Under the pieces are notes generated by a model. That model saw only the letters and a list, made by a program, of their open reading frames with translations, had not been told where the DNA came from and made no database searches. From positions 1,770,001-1,802,000 of the forward strand of contig NC_010628.1 in NCBI RefSeq assembly GCF_000020025.1: a stretch of 32,000 nt of DNA, written 5' to 3'. The translations under genes were made by a program, and so were the position numbers. Origin of the DNA: Nostoc punctiforme PCC 73102 (GTDB lineage Bacteria; Cyanobacteriota; Cyanobacteriia; Cyanobacteriales; Nostocaceae). Positions 16,788 through 26,976 of the stretch are shown here, one piece after another (positions within the stretch are counted from its first letter, which is position 1; every line of letters starts with the position of its first letter).

Positions 16788-19700
16788 ATGGCTAATGCAG
16801 TTTTCAATCTATCTGACCTCAATGGCAGCAACGGCTTCGTAATTAACGGTATTAATACTTATAATTTCTCAGACGGCTCGGTCAGCAGTGCAGGGGACAT
16901 CAACGGCGACGGCTTTGATGATTTGATTATCGGGGCATTGAGTCCCTACCTCAATGGTCTGTTTAATCCTGGGTCAAGCTACGTGGTTTTTGGCAGCAGT
17001 AGTGGCTTTGGAGCTAGTCTCAACCTCTCCTCACTCAATGGCAGTAACGGCTTTGTAATTAACGGCATTGGCATTGATGAGCTTGGCAACTCACACGTTT
17101 CCGTCAGCAATGCGGGGGACATCAACGGTGACGGTATTGATGACCTGATTATCGGGGCAATACTTGCCGACCCCAATGGTCAGTTAAATGCCGGGTCAAG
17201 CTATGTGGTCTTCGGCAACAGCAGTGGGTTTGGAGCCAGTCTTAACCTCTCCTCACTCAATGGCAGCAACGGTTTTGTAATTAACGGCATTGATAGCGGT
17301 GACTACTCAGGTTTTTCCGTCAGCAGTGCAGGGGACATCAATGGTGACGGCATCGATGACCTGATTATCGGGGCATATAGTGCCAACCCCAACGGTCAGA
17401 CCTTTGCTGGGCAGAGCTACGTGGTGTTTGGTAGCAGTAGTGGATTTGGAGACAGTCTTAATCTCTCTTCCCTGAATGGCAGCAACGGTTTTGTGATTAA
17501 TGGCACCGATCGTTATGAGCGCTCAGGCATTTCCGTCAGCAGTGCGGGAGACATTAATAACGACGGCATCGATGACCTGATTATCGGGGGATTCCGTGGC
17601 GAACCCTTCACAGAGAGGTATTCTGGGGAGAGCTACGTGGTCTTTGGTAGCAGTAGCGGGTTTGGAGACAGTCTCAATCTCTCCTCACTCAATGGCAGCA
17701 ACGGCTTTGTAATTAAAGGCTTTGTAAGTAATGCTAATAATTTTAGATATAACGACTCAAGCATTTCCGTCAGCAGTGCGGGGGATATCAATGGCGACGG
17801 CATCGATGACCTGATTATCGGGTCATATAGTGCCAACCCCAACGGTCAGTCACGTGCTGGGGAGAGCTATGTGGTGTTTGGTCGCAGTAGTGCGTTTGAA
17901 GCCAGTTTCAACCTCTCCTCACTCAATGGCAGCAACGGCTTTGTAATTAACGGCATTAATGCGGGTGACTTCTCAGGCAGTTCCGTCAGCAGTGCGGGGG
18001 ACATCAACGGTGACGGCATTGATGACCTGATTATTGGGGCATACGGTGCCGACCTCAACGGTCAGGAGTTTGCTGGGTCAAGCTACGTGGTCTTTGGTCG
18101 CAGCAGCGGCTTTGGTGCAGGCTTCAACCTTTCATCTTTGGATGGCAGCGAGGGTTTTGTAATTAACGGCATTGATGAACGTGACGAGTCAGGCATCTCC
18201 GTCAGCAGTGCGGGGGACATTAATGGCGACGGTTTCGACGACCTGATTATCGGCGCAAAAAATGCCTACTCTAACGATCGGTCAGCTGGCGGGTCAAGCT
18301 ACGTGGTCTTTGGTTTTGCATCTCCTACGCCTACTAATAAACCTCCTGTGGCGGTTAATGATACCGCTACCACCGACGGAGACACTGCCGTTAATATAGA
18401 GGTCTTAGCCAACGACAGCAATTCCCTAGCGGTGACGGCTGTTAATGGCAGGACAGTTGTTGTTGGCACTGCCATTACCCTGAGTTCTGGTGCTTTAATT
18501 ACCCTTAATGCTGATGGCAGCTTTACCTACGACCCAAATGCTAAATTTGATAGTTTGGTTATCGGTGAAAGTGGCACTGATAGCTTTATATACACTGCCA
18601 GCAATGGCAGCTTGACCAATACAGCTAGCGTCAATTTGACTATTAACGGAGTCAATGATGCACCCAAGGTTGCTTCAGTTTTTAATCTCTCCTCGCTCAA
18701 TGGTAGCGACGGCTTTGTGATTAACGGCATTAATAGCGGTGACAATTCAGGCTTTTCCGTCAGCAGTGCCGGGGATATCAACGGCGACGGCTTTGATGAC
18801 CTGATTATTGGCGCAAATGATGCTGACCCCAATGGTCAGGATGATGCCGGGTCAAGCTACGTGGTGTTTGGCAGCAGTAATGGATTTGAAGCCAGTCTTA
18901 ATCTTTCATCTTTAAATGGCAGCAATGGCTTTGTAATTAACGGCATTGATGCGGATAACAGTTCAGGCTTTTCCGTCAGCAGTGCTGGGGACATCAACGG
19001 CGACGGCTTTGACGACCTGATTATCGGGGCAATACTTGCCAGCCCCACCGGTAAGCCTTTTGCCGGGGAAAGCTATGTGGTGTTTGGCAGCAGTAATAAA
19101 TTTGGAGCCAGTTTTAATCTTTCATCTTTAAATGGCAGCAACGGCTTTGTAATTAACGGTATTGATGATGGTGACTTCTCAGGCAGATCCGTCAGCAGTG
19201 CGGGGGACATCAACGGCGACGGCTTTGACGACCTGATTATCGGGGCAAGTGATGCTTCCCCCAAGGATGGGTACGGGTCTTCAAATATCGGGCAGAGCTA
19301 CGTGGTGTTTGGCAGTAGTAGTGCGTTTGGAGCCAGTCTCAATCTGTCATCTTTGGATGGCAGTAACGGCTTTGTAATTAACGGCATTAATGAAAGTGAC
19401 AGATCGGGCGGTTCCGTCAGCAGTGCGGGAGACATCAATGGCGACGGCTTCGATGACCTGATTATCGGCGCAACTGGTGCACGTCAGGACAGAGCTGGGG
19501 AGAGCTACGTGGTGTTTGGCAGCAGCAATGGGTTTGCAGCTAGTTTTAATCTTTCATCTTTGGATGGCAGCAACGGCTTTGTAATTAAAGGCATTGATGA
19601 ACTTGACGACAATAATATAAGTTATGATTTAGGTAACTCCGTCAGCAGTGCGGGGGACATCAACAGTGATGGCATCGATGACCTGATTATCGGGGCATTG

Positions 19701-21809
19701 CGTGCCGATGCCAACGGTCAGGATAGAGCCGGGCAGAGCTATGTAGTCTTTGGCAGCAGTAATGGATTTGGAGCCAGTTTTAACCTCTCTTCCCTGAATG
19801 GCAGCAACGGCTTTGTAATTAACGGCATTGATATTCTTGATTACTCAGGCTCCTCCGTCAGCAATGCGGGGGACATTAACGGCGACGGCTTCGATGACCT
19901 GATTATCGGGGCATACGGTGCCGATCCCAACGGTCAGGATAGAGCCGGGGAGAGCTACGTGGTCTTTGGCAGCAGCAGTGGGTTTGGAGCCAGTCTTAAT
20001 CTCTCGTCTCTTAATGGCAGCAACGGCTTTGTGCTTAACGGCATTGATACTTATGACAGATCGGGCAGTTCCGTCAGCAATGCGGGGGACATCAACGGTG
20101 ACGGCTTCGACGACCTGATTATCGGGGCACCTAATGCCTCCCCCAACGGCCAGGACAAAGCTGGGGAGAGCTACGTGGTCTTTGGCTTTGGAACGCTGGC
20201 TACTACCAACGAAGATACTGCCGTGACTATTCTTACTAGCAACATTCTACGTAGATATACAGATGCAGATGGTAATACATTGAGCATTAACAACTTCACT
20301 AACCCCACTAACGGCACACTAACACTCAACGACAATACTACTCCAAGCAACCCCAGTGACGACTTCTTCATCTACACCCCCAATGCCAACTTCAACGGCA
20401 CTGACAGCTTCACTTTCACTGTCGCTGACGGCAATGGCGGCAACACTACAGGTACTTTTAATCTCAACGTCAAACCTGTCAACGATGCACCCATTGCCGT
20501 CAATGATACTTTGACTGCTGGTTTTAATACTAGTACTACTATCCTTGCTAGTACTCTACTAGCTAATGATACCGACATTGATAACAGTAACCTCCGCATT
20601 ACTGCTGTAAGTGGTGCAACTAATGGTACTGCTGTGCTAAATGATAACGGCACTTCGGGCAACTCGGCGGATGATTTTGTGGTGTTCACCCCATTTAATG
20701 GGTTGAGTGGCAATGCCAACTTCAACTACACCATTAGCGATGGTAGCCTGACTAGTACTGCTACAGTTGCGATCGCAGTTGGCACTAAGATTACTGGCAC
20801 TAACCAAAACGATACCATTTCTGGCACTCCAGGAAATGACGCGATCGCTGGTGGCAAGGGCAATGATATTCTCACAGGCTTTGCGGGTAATGATACTTTT
20901 GTCTTCCGTCTTGGTGATGGGAACGACACGATCACTGATTTTGCTGGAATAGGTATTGGCTCAAATCCATCAGCAACGGTGATTACGCAACTGGATACAT
21001 TGCAATTTATCGGTAGTGGTTTAACTGCCCGAAATCTGCAACTTACTCAAAATGGTAATAACTTAGAACTCATCTTTTCAGATGCAGCTTCTACCAAAGT
21101 TACTCTGCAAAACTTTCAATTAGAAAATCTGGATAATTTGCCAGCAACTTCTTCACGATCGGCTATTGGTAATATCCTGTTTGATGGACAAACCACTATA
21201 ACTGACAGTTTTGATGTCTTCAATGCCAACTCCACTCAAACTAATCTCTTTAACAAGAACACCGTCACCTTCCTGAATGACCTTAACAATAACGTTGCAG
21301 GTTTTGATAACTCCAATGATGCGATTAATGGTCAAGGAGGTAACGACATCATCAATGGTAATAGTGGAAATGACCTATTACGGGGCGGTGAAGGCGATGA
21401 TATTCTCATCGGTGGAGAAGGCAATGATACTGTTGTGGGTGGCAAAGGCAATGATGTTCTTGTCGGTGGTGTCGGTGCTGACCTTTTCCTTTACAACAGC
21501 AATGCTGACTTTGTTGGTGTTGATGCAATCGCTGACTTTAAAAGCAGCGAAGGTGACAAGATTGTACTGAGTAAGACTATCTTTAGTGCAATTACTTCTG
21601 CTACCGGAAATGGTTTTAGTAACACCAGTGATTTTCAAATCACTAGTTCAGCAGCGAGTAGCACGGCAAAAATTGTCTACAATTCTGTGAGTGGTGAGTT
21701 GTTCTACAACCAAAATGGCAACGCGGCTGGTTTTGGTAGCGGTGGTCTATTTGCGACTCTAACTGGTGCGCCAACTCTCACTGCATCTAATTTTGTACTG
21801 CAAGCATAG
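16788..21809 (+). CDS. Giant secreted FG-GAP (integrin-alpha-like) double-propeller / cadherin-like / RTX calcium-binding protein, probable T1SS substrate
   Basis: An AAGGAG sequence lies 11 nt upstream of the ATG. There are 14 FG-GAP repeats (..[20 protein letters not shown]..SYVVFG..) in two blocks of 7. Beta-sandwich modules are delimited by VNDAP. RTX nonapeptides include [19 protein letters not shown] and [45 protein letters not shown]. There is no N-terminal signal peptide. Confidence 0.9.
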   Translation: MANAVFNLSDLNGSNGFVINGINTYNFSDGSVSSAGDINGDGFDDLIIGALSPYLNGLFNPGSSYVVFGSSSGFGASLNLSSLNGSNGFVINGIGIDELGNSHVSVSNAGDINGDGIDDLIIGAILADPNGQLNAGSSYVVFGNSSGFGASLNLSSLNGSNGFVINGIDSGDYSGFSVSSAGDINGDGIDDLIIGAYSANPNGQTFAGQSYVVFGSSSGFGDSLNLSSLNGSNGFVINGTDRYERSGISVSSAGDINNDGIDDLIIGGFRGEPFTERYSGESYVVFGSSSGFGDSLNLSSLNGSNGFVIKGFVSNANNFRYNDSSISVSSAGDINGDGIDDLIIGSYSANPNGQSRAGESYVVFGRSSAFEASFNLSSLNGSNGFVINGINAGDFSGSSVSSAGDINGDGIDDLIIGAYGADLNGQEFAGSSYVVFGRSSGFGAGFNLSSLDGSEGFVINGIDERDESGISVSSAGDINGDGFDDLIIGAKNAYSNDRSAGGSSYVVFGFASPTPTNKPPVAVNDTATTDGDTAVNIEVLANDSNSLAVTAVNGRTVVVGTAITLSSGALITLNADGSFTYDPNAKFDSLVIGESGTDSFIYTASNGSLTNTASVNLTINGVNDAPKVASVFNLSSLNGSDGFVINGINSGDNSGFSVSSAGDINGDGFDDLIIGANDADPNGQDDAGSSYVVFGSSNGFEASLNLSSLNGSNGFVINGIDADNSSGFSVSSAGDINGDGFDDLIIGAILASPTGKPFAGESYVVFGSSNKFGASFNLSSLNGSNGFVINGIDDGDFSGRSVSSAGDINGDGFDDLIIGASDASPKDGYGSSNIGQSYVVFGSSSAFGASLNLSSLDGSNGFVINGINESDRSGGSVSSAGDINGDGFDDLIIGATGARQDRAGESYVVFGSSNGFAASFNLSSLDGSNGFVIKGIDELDDNNISYDLGNSVSSAGDINSDGIDDLIIGALRADANGQDRAGQSYVVFGSSNGFGASFNLSSLNGSNGFVINGIDILDYSGSSVSNAGDINGDGFDDLIIGAYGADPNGQDRAGESYVVFGSSSGFGASLNLSSLNGSNGFVLNGIDTYDRSGSSVSNAGDINGDGFDDLIIGAPNASPNGQDKAGESYVVFGFGTLATTNEDTAVTILTSNILRRYTDADGNTLSINNFTNPTNGTLTLNDNTTPSNPSDDFFIYTPNANFNGTDSFTFTVADGNGGNTTGTFNLNVKPVNDAPIAVNDTLTAGFNTSTTILASTLLANDTDIDNSNLRITAVSGATNGTAVLNDNGTSGNSADDFVVFTPFNGLSGNANFNYTISDGSLTSTATVAIAVGTKITGTNQNDTISGTPGNDAIAGGKGNDILTGFAGNDTFVFRLGDGNDTITDFAGIGIGSNPSATVITQLDTLQFIGSGLTARNLQLTQNGNNLELIFSDAASTKVTLQNFQLENLDNLPATSSRSAIGNILFDGQTTITDSFDVFNANSTQTNLFNKNTVTFLNDLNNNVAGFDNSNDAINGQGGNDIINGNSGNDLLRGGEGDDILIGGEGNDTVVGGKGNDVLVGGVGADLFLYNSNADFVGVDAIADFKSSEGDKIVLSKTIFSAITSATGNGFSNTSDFQITSSAASSTAKIVYNSVSGELFYNQNGNAAGFGSGGLFATLTGAPTLTASNFVLQA
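16800..18315 (+). repeat. Intragenic ~216-234-bp tandem repeats x7 (first FG-GAP propeller)
   Basis: DNA-level reiteration is visible, for example CTCAATGGCAGCAACGGCTTTGTAATTAACGGCATT and GACATCAACGG(C/T)GACGG recurring once per unit. Confidence 0.9.
18679..20190 (+). repeat. Intragenic ~216-225-bp tandem repeats x7 (second FG-GAP propeller)
   Basis: The unit is the same as in the first block. Both blocks end in the YVVFGF motif. Confidence 0.9.
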
Positions 21810-21852
21810 TTTGCTCAAAACACAGAATGTAGAGTAGACATCTGGTGAAAAA

Positions 21853-21881
21853 GTAGAGACGTAGCAATGCTACGTCTCTAC
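21853..21881. other. Perfect 13-bp stem / 3-nt loop hairpin downstream of the giant gene
   Basis: The sequence is GTAGAGACGTAGC-aat-GCTACGTCTCTAC. No T-run follows, so it may be a dispersed hairpin repeat and/or an RNA 3'-end stabiliser rather than a canonical terminator. Confidence 0.6.
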
Positions 21882-21980
21882 AAGAGTTCTGGGTAACGCA
21901 TATCTTTTTAAAGGGGTATCTCAAAGTACCTAAAGTCACAGCGAAACACTCTTCAAACAACCTCTAAAGGAAAATAACTG

Positions 21981-23003
21981 ATGTCTGATTTAATGAACAA
22001 ACAAATCATCCTCAAAAGTCGTCCAGTTGGCGAACCAAAAGAGAGTGATTTTGCTCTAGTAGAAACACCAACTCCCGAACCGGGTGAAGGTGAAATTCTT
22101 AGCCGCACCATTTATCTATCTCTCGACCCTTATATGCGTGGTCGTCTTAGTGCAAGTGAATCTTATGCAGCATCAGTAGAATTGAATTCTGCGATCGTAG
22201 GTGGTACAGTCAGCCAAGTAGTTAAATCAAATCATCCTCAATTTCAAGTAGGGGATTTTATTCTGAGCAATAACGGTTGGCAAACTTATGCTGTATCTAA
22301 GGCTGAGACACTACGTAAACTTGATCCCACTCAAGCACCTTTATCTTATAGCTTAGGTGTACTGGGTATGCCTGGTCTGACTGCTTATGCTGCTTTGCTT
22401 GATATCGGTCAACCAAAAGAAGGTGAAACTGTTGTGGTTTCAGCCGCCTCTGGTGCTGTCGGTGCAGTAGCAGGTCAAATTGCCAAAATTAAAGGTGCTA
22501 GAGTAGTGGGAATTGTCGGGAGTGACGATAAGCGGGACTATATAGTTAAAGAATTAGGTTTTGATGTTGGGATTAACCGCAAAACCCAAGAACTTGATTC
22601 AGCACTCAAAGAAGCTGCACCTAATGGCATTGATGTTTACTATGACAATACAGCAGGTGTGATTTTAGAAACTGTATTGCAGCAGATCAACCTTGGGGCA
22701 AGAATTCCACTAGTAGGTTTGATTTCGGAGTATAACGCTACATCTACTCCATCAGGGCCTAATTTAATGCCACTACTAGTCAAACGAGCTTTAATCAAAG
22801 GTTTCTTAGTTACCGATTATCAACATCGGTTTAATGATTTTTTGCGTGATGTTTCTGGATGGTTACAGTCTGGTCAGCTTAAGTATAAAGAAGATGTAGT
22901 TATGGGTTTAGAAAATGCTCCTCACGCATTCATTGGTTTACTTCGAGGTGATAATTTTGGCAAGCTGATTGTTAAGGTAAACGACGATCCAACAGCCAAG
23001 TAA
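21981..23003 (+). CDS. NADP-dependent oxidoreductase, medium-chain dehydrogenase/reductase family (YncB/CurA/PTGR1-like)
   Basis: A 340-aa ORF with the Rossmann motif VSAASGAVGAVAGQIAKIKGARVVG, GMPGLTAYAAL and a C-terminal GDNFGKLIVKV. Confidence 0.85.
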   Translation: MSDLMNKQIILKSRPVGEPKESDFALVETPTPEPGEGEILSRTIYLSLDPYMRGRLSASESYAASVELNSAIVGGTVSQVVKSNHPQFQVGDFILSNNGWQTYAVSKAETLRKLDPTQAPLSYSLGVLGMPGLTAYAALLDIGQPKEGETVVVSAASGAVGAVAGQIAKIKGARVVGIVGSDDKRDYIVKELGFDVGINRKTQELDSALKEAAPNGIDVYYDNTAGVILETVLQQINLGARIPLVGLISEYNATSTPSGPNLMPLLVKRALIKGFLVTDYQHRFNDFLRDVSGWLQSGQLKYKEDVVMGLENAPHAFIGLLRGDNFGKLIVKVNDDPTAK

Positions 23004-23039
23004 AAGGCACAGCACTAGTAGTCTGCCAAGCTAACTTTG

Positions 23040-24207
23040 CTATGTTAAATTTGGATATAAACGCTCCATTTTTCGGCGAGCATCTTTGGTTTGAAAACCC
23101 CAATAAACACTAGCTTTTTGCTGATTACGTTTTTTCTCCCAAGCGGCAATCTCAGAAGTTAATGTTTCTGCATTAGGAATACGCCGTTCTAAACATTGGC
23201 GAGATAAAACAGATAATTCGATTTCTACCTGATTCAGCCCTTCGGGTTCGCCAGTTGCTTCAAGTCGGGGAACCCGCCCAACGCACTGGCTCACCAAGAA
23301 GCGTGTTTAGGAGTATAGTGAAACTCTAACTTTTGAATAATTCGACGTGCTTCTTCTGGTGGAAAAACTTCATATAATGCATTGGGTGTATGAATATTCA
23401 AGTTATCAACTACTAAACGAATAACATCGGCATCTCGGTAGGAAACATCTACTAAATTTTTCATTTGTTTAGCAAAATCGGCTTTAGTTCGACGTTCTGT
23501 AACTTCGATATGCCGCCATCCAGCCAAGGGTTGAAAACATGCGAATAAATTTACTGTCCCGTTACGTTTATACTCAAAATCATAACGTTCAGGTTGCTCT
23601 GGCTGTGGTGGCAAAGGAAGTCTTACTTCTTCTACTAATTGGTATGGACGTTCATCAAAGCAGACTACAGGGCGTTTAGGATCATAAGGCTCATTGTATA
23701 AATCCAGCACATCTTCCATTCGGAAAACATATTCTGCGTTAACTTCAGGAATACACCATTGTTCTTTCAACCAAGGCTTAATTTCATTTTTTTTAAAGTT
23801 TGACGTACTGTTTCATCTGAGATTGAATCTATGATACCAACGTTCACTAAATGATCTGCTAATAATTGCATTGTCCAACGCACTCTTCCTTCTGGCGGAT
23901 TAGAACAAGCTGTTGCAATCAAAAATGCTTCTTGCTTTTCATCTAATTTTTTATGTTTTGGTGGATGAACTTCATCCTTTAAAGCAAAATCTAACCCTCC
24001 AATGACAAATTTTTCTCGTATTCGTTGCACTGTTGCAACATGCGCTCTAACTATGCTAGCGATCGCTTGATCCGTTTCTCCTTCGGAAGCCATCAAAAGA
24101 ATGTTTGCACGGCTTATGGTTCTTGCCTTATGCTTACCTTTCTTAATTATCGATTGCAGTTGGGAAACTTCATCTTCATTCAAGTCAACAATGTACTTTT
24201 TTGCCAT
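23040..24207 (-). pseudogene. IS630-family transposase (HTH orfA, DDE orfB), orfB interrupted by a 56-bp insertion
   Basis: orfA (24207-23767) has the HTH region. The A8 run at 23787-23794 links it to ...[16 protein letters not shown] in the -1 frame. The DDE part is VVCFDERPY...VVDNLNIHT...HYTPKHASW. After a 56-bp insert it continues LNQVEIELSVLSRQCL in a different frame. Confidence 0.8.
23238..23293. repeat. 56-bp GC-rich small repeat element nested inside the IS630 transposase gene
   Basis: It lies exactly between the codons for ...HASW and LNQVEIE..., which are contiguous in IS630 transposases. It contains the hairpin GGGTTC...GAACCC. It is related to 5078-5114. Confidence 0.7.
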
Positions 24208-24352
24208 GTTACACCCCGTTTTTGGCTATTTTACCAATTAGAGGTTTTACTTAGCAAAGTTACCTTGGTACCACTACTAGAGACAAGGGAGCAAATTATT
24301 AAAAGCCAGCGTCAGTAGTAGTTGAATTAACTCAAGTTTTAGGTGTAACTAA

Positions 24353-25747
24353 ATGCACAATGATTTTAGGAGTAAGCTGCCACTACTGCTGACATTCTGC
24401 TTATTTACGAGCTTTTTACCTGCCTCTGGTTCAGTTTTATGCCCAGCTGTTGCCTCTGACGAATATTATAAAGTAGCCAGAAATAATGGCAGAGATGGAC
24501 GTACAGGAACCGATGGGCGATCGGGTAGAAGCGGTGAAAACCAAAACATTTTTGTTAATGGTTCACCCGTGAATCTTGATTTGTCCGGTAAAGATGGTGA
24601 AGATGGGGAAGACGGGGAACATAGCGATCGCCCTGACTGTGGTTATCAACGCGACCGGGTCAGCCATGATATAAATGCACCAAATGGTGGCAATGGTGGC
24701 AATGGTGGTAAGGGAGGAGATGGGGGAAATGGTGGTTCCCTCACAGTGTATTACAGCAATTTGGCAGACTTACGAAACATTTCCGTTCGGGCAAGTGGCG
24801 GGGAAGGTGGACGTGGCGGTAGAGGTGGCAACGGTACGGAGGGTTGTCGCTGTCATAGGCGGAGTTGGGAAGTGAAAACTTGCACAGGAATTCCCGGTAA
24901 CCCTGATTATAAGTGTACTGACAAGGTTTATCGATGTAGTGACGGTAGCGATGGGCGAGATGGCAGCGATGGTAGTGACGGTAGCCAAGGGCGCTTAGGA
25001 ACTTTAAGTATTGTAAATAGCAAGGAAGCTTTGGCAGGCGATAATCCAACGGTGCAGCTAGCAATTTCGGAACTGACAAACAAACCAGTAAACCTTTCGA
25101 AGAACAAGTGGAATCAACGCAAAGGGGCAACTTCTCTACTTGCGCCTGGTTCTGCGATCGCAGATGATTACCTTGAGTTTGAACAGCGTCTAGAAGAAAC
25201 TTTTCAAATAGTTTGGCAAGAAAAACAACCTATTACCAGCTTTGGCAATCAACTTGTAACACTTAATTTAACTGACAACAAACAAGTAGAAGTTACTTTT
25301 GCCGAGGACTTATGGGTTGATGGTAGCATCAAAAATGAAGCTAACTTAACAACATTTACCGTTAACCATGCCATTCCCAAAAAAGATGTCACCCGGTTAG
25401 CTGTAGCAGAGTTTGCCGAAGCAGGACAAAACCTCAACTTAAAAATTGTTGATTTGGCAGCGAAATCTGATGCTATTAATACTCAGTTTCGCATCAAATT
25501 CCGCGCCCAGGATAACTTGTACGGCTTTTCTGGCTACAAAACTGAATATGAAGGGGATATTCCCAACGAACTTGTGACTCGTGACTACAACCGTTTTACT
25601 CTAGCTTTAGGCAAGCTCAATATTCCTGATTCAGCTTTACGTCCTGGTGTCAACGTTGATATTGAAGTCGTAGCAACTCGTTCTTTGGGAATACGTTCTG
25701 CCAAGCAAACTATTAGCTGGCAGGGTGCAATCCGCAAGCCTAGATAA
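24353..25747 (+). CDS. Secreted hypothetical protein with interrupted collagen-like G-X-Y / Gly-rich tracts and a Cys-rich insert
   Basis: It has a signal-peptide-like N-terminus (KLPLLLTFCLFTSFLPASG). Tracts include GRDGRTGTDGRSGRSGE, GKDGEDGEDGE, GGNGGNGGKGGDGGNGG, GGEGGRGGRGGNGTEG and DGSDGRDGSDGSDGSQGRLG. These alternate with short beta-like segments. The ~230-aa C-terminal half has no motif I recognise. Confidence 0.6.
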   Translation: MHNDFRSKLPLLLTFCLFTSFLPASGSVLCPAVASDEYYKVARNNGRDGRTGTDGRSGRSGENQNIFVNGSPVNLDLSGKDGEDGEDGEHSDRPDCGYQRDRVSHDINAPNGGNGGNGGKGGDGGNGGSLTVYYSNLADLRNISVRASGGEGGRGGRGGNGTEGCRCHRRSWEVKTCTGIPGNPDYKCTDKVYRCSDGSDGRDGSDGSDGSQGRLGTLSIVNSKEALAGDNPTVQLAISELTNKPVNLSKNKWNQRKGATSLLAPGSAIADDYLEFEQRLEETFQIVWQEKQPITSFGNQLVTLNLTDNKQVEVTFAEDLWVDGSIKNEANLTTFTVNHAIPKKDVTRLAVAEFAEAGQNLNLKIVDLAAKSDAINTQFRIKFRAQDNLYGFSGYKTEYEGDIPNELVTRDYNRFTLALGKLNIPDSALRPGVNVDIEVVATRSLGIRSAKQTISWQGAIRKPR

Positions 25748-25750
25748 AAT

Positions 25751-26311
25751 TTAGGAAGATTTTTTCCCATCTGAAACCATTTGCGAGAGGATATAAGCTG
25801 CGAAATCTAGCAACTGATCCAGCAAAAAGCCAATGATACCAATGTAAAGGATCACCTGAATTATGTAATCGGCATTGCCAGCTTTATAAGCTTCCCAAAG
25901 AGTAAAGCCAAGTCCTTTTGGCCCTGTTAACATCTCTATAGAAATAACTATAAACCAGGCTACCCAAATACTAACTTTCAAGGCATGAAATATATGGAAT
26001 ATAGCTACTCGAAAGTTATTATTCTGCCTGCGAAAATGTTGCATACCAATTGCCGTATTAATAATCATCGTCCAGAGAGTTCCTAGAAAAACTACTGTAG
26101 TAGCAGCCGATTCGCTCTCTTGAAACACTATTAATGCAATAGGTAGCAAAGCTATAGGAGGGATACTATGTGGTATTTGAAACATCAGCCTAAATAGCTG
26201 ATAAATCATGCTATTCATGCCTATTAGATATCCAATAAAACTACCCAATACGGCGGCTGGAATGTAACCAACAAATAACCGTTGCAGGCTAGCTAAAATG
26301 TCTAAAAACAT
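25751..26311 (-). CDS. Short ABC-transporter-permease-like membrane protein (NitT/TauT-type TMD), orphan
   Basis: A 186-aa, strongly hydrophobic protein. The C-terminal segment IEMLTGPKGLGFTLWEAYKAGNADYIIQVILYIGIIGFLLDQLL resembles the end of SsuC/TauC-type permeases. The window has no ATPase or binding-protein gene. Confidence 0.5.
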   Translation of the reverse strand: MFLDILASLQRLFVGYIPAAVLGSFIGYLIGMNSMIYQLFRLMFQIPHSIPPIALLPIALIVFQESESAATTVVFLGTLWTMIINTAIGMQHFRRQNNNFRVAIFHIFHALKVSIWVAWFIVISIEMLTGPKGLGFTLWEAYKAGNADYIIQVILYIGIIGFLLDQLLDFAAYILSQMVSDGKKSS

Positions 26312-26976
26312 ATATTCTCTCTGCCTCAGTTCTCATGGAAAACATTTAGAAAATACTGTGGCAACAACACAAAATAGCGAAAATAAAAATGTGTTAAATT
26401 ACACGTTCTTTTTGAAGAATATAAGATTTTTCTATCTTCTCCTTGTTGATAGTTAATCAAGAAAAATTAAGTATTATTACGATGTTTTGGTAGTAATGCA
26501 AAGATAGGTAAAACTTGACTTTAGTAAACTTTATCAGAAAAATAAATCCTGATTAGTAAATTAAATACAATTTCCAGATTTAACTTATTTGATGATTGTA
26601 GTAAGTATGAATATGTAATATTTTTAATACTACATAAATGGCAAAACTTGTTACGAGCAATACAGAATATTTATAAAACAAGGAATGTCAGAGATACTTT
26701 ATCAAGTAAAAACAAAATTACTGTAGGGAAGCCAATGCGTTGCCCGGATTTTTCATGGTTAAAAAATCCGGGTGTCCATTTCTTCAAAAATAAACTCTAT
26801 TAGCGTTATTTCAATGCAAACAAAAAGAAAGACATGATTGGCATTTCATATAGCGCTGCGATTGGTTATACCATTTCAATCGATACTCCTAACAATTACC
26901 CCAAGAGCCGACATCACCAAATCTTTTGAACGATTTACGTTATAAATTTCAGTGCGTCTTTTTTATCTAGATGCAA

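Larger units (their letters stand above)
23018..24277 (-). mobile_element. IS630-family insertion sequence
   Basis: Terminal inverted repeats: GTAGTCTGCCAAGCTAACTTTGCTA (23018-) versus the reverse complement of the right end, GTAGTGGTACCAAGGTAACTTTGCTA (-24277). A TA dinucleotide flanks each end (23016-17, 24278-79), as expected for IS630/Tc1-mariner-type target duplication. Confidence 0.8.

Noticed and set aside
16979-21638. Many 60-117-aa ORFs antisense to, or out of frame with, the giant FG-GAP/RTX gene (e.g. 16979-17176, 17633-17842, 18527-18832, 20372-20725, 21277-21570).
   Set aside because: They recur once per DNA repeat and have low-complexity, repeat-derived sequences (PIIRSS.PSPL.SPALLTE). 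They are shadow ORFs of the repetitive coding strand.
24675-25130. ORFs 24675-24875 (+), 24741-25130 (-) and 24770-24988 (-) inside the collagen-like gene.
   Set aside because: These alternative-frame and antisense ORFs are generated by the GGN/GAT-rich repeat tracts. The frame with the signal peptide and long C-terminal domain is the coherent one.
26743-26772. Strong 11-bp hairpin CCCGGATTTTT-catggtt-AAAAATCCGGG in the AT-rich gap upstream of the permease-like gene.
   Set aside because: There is no adjacent T-run on either strand and no second copy in the window. It is noted only as an isolated structure.
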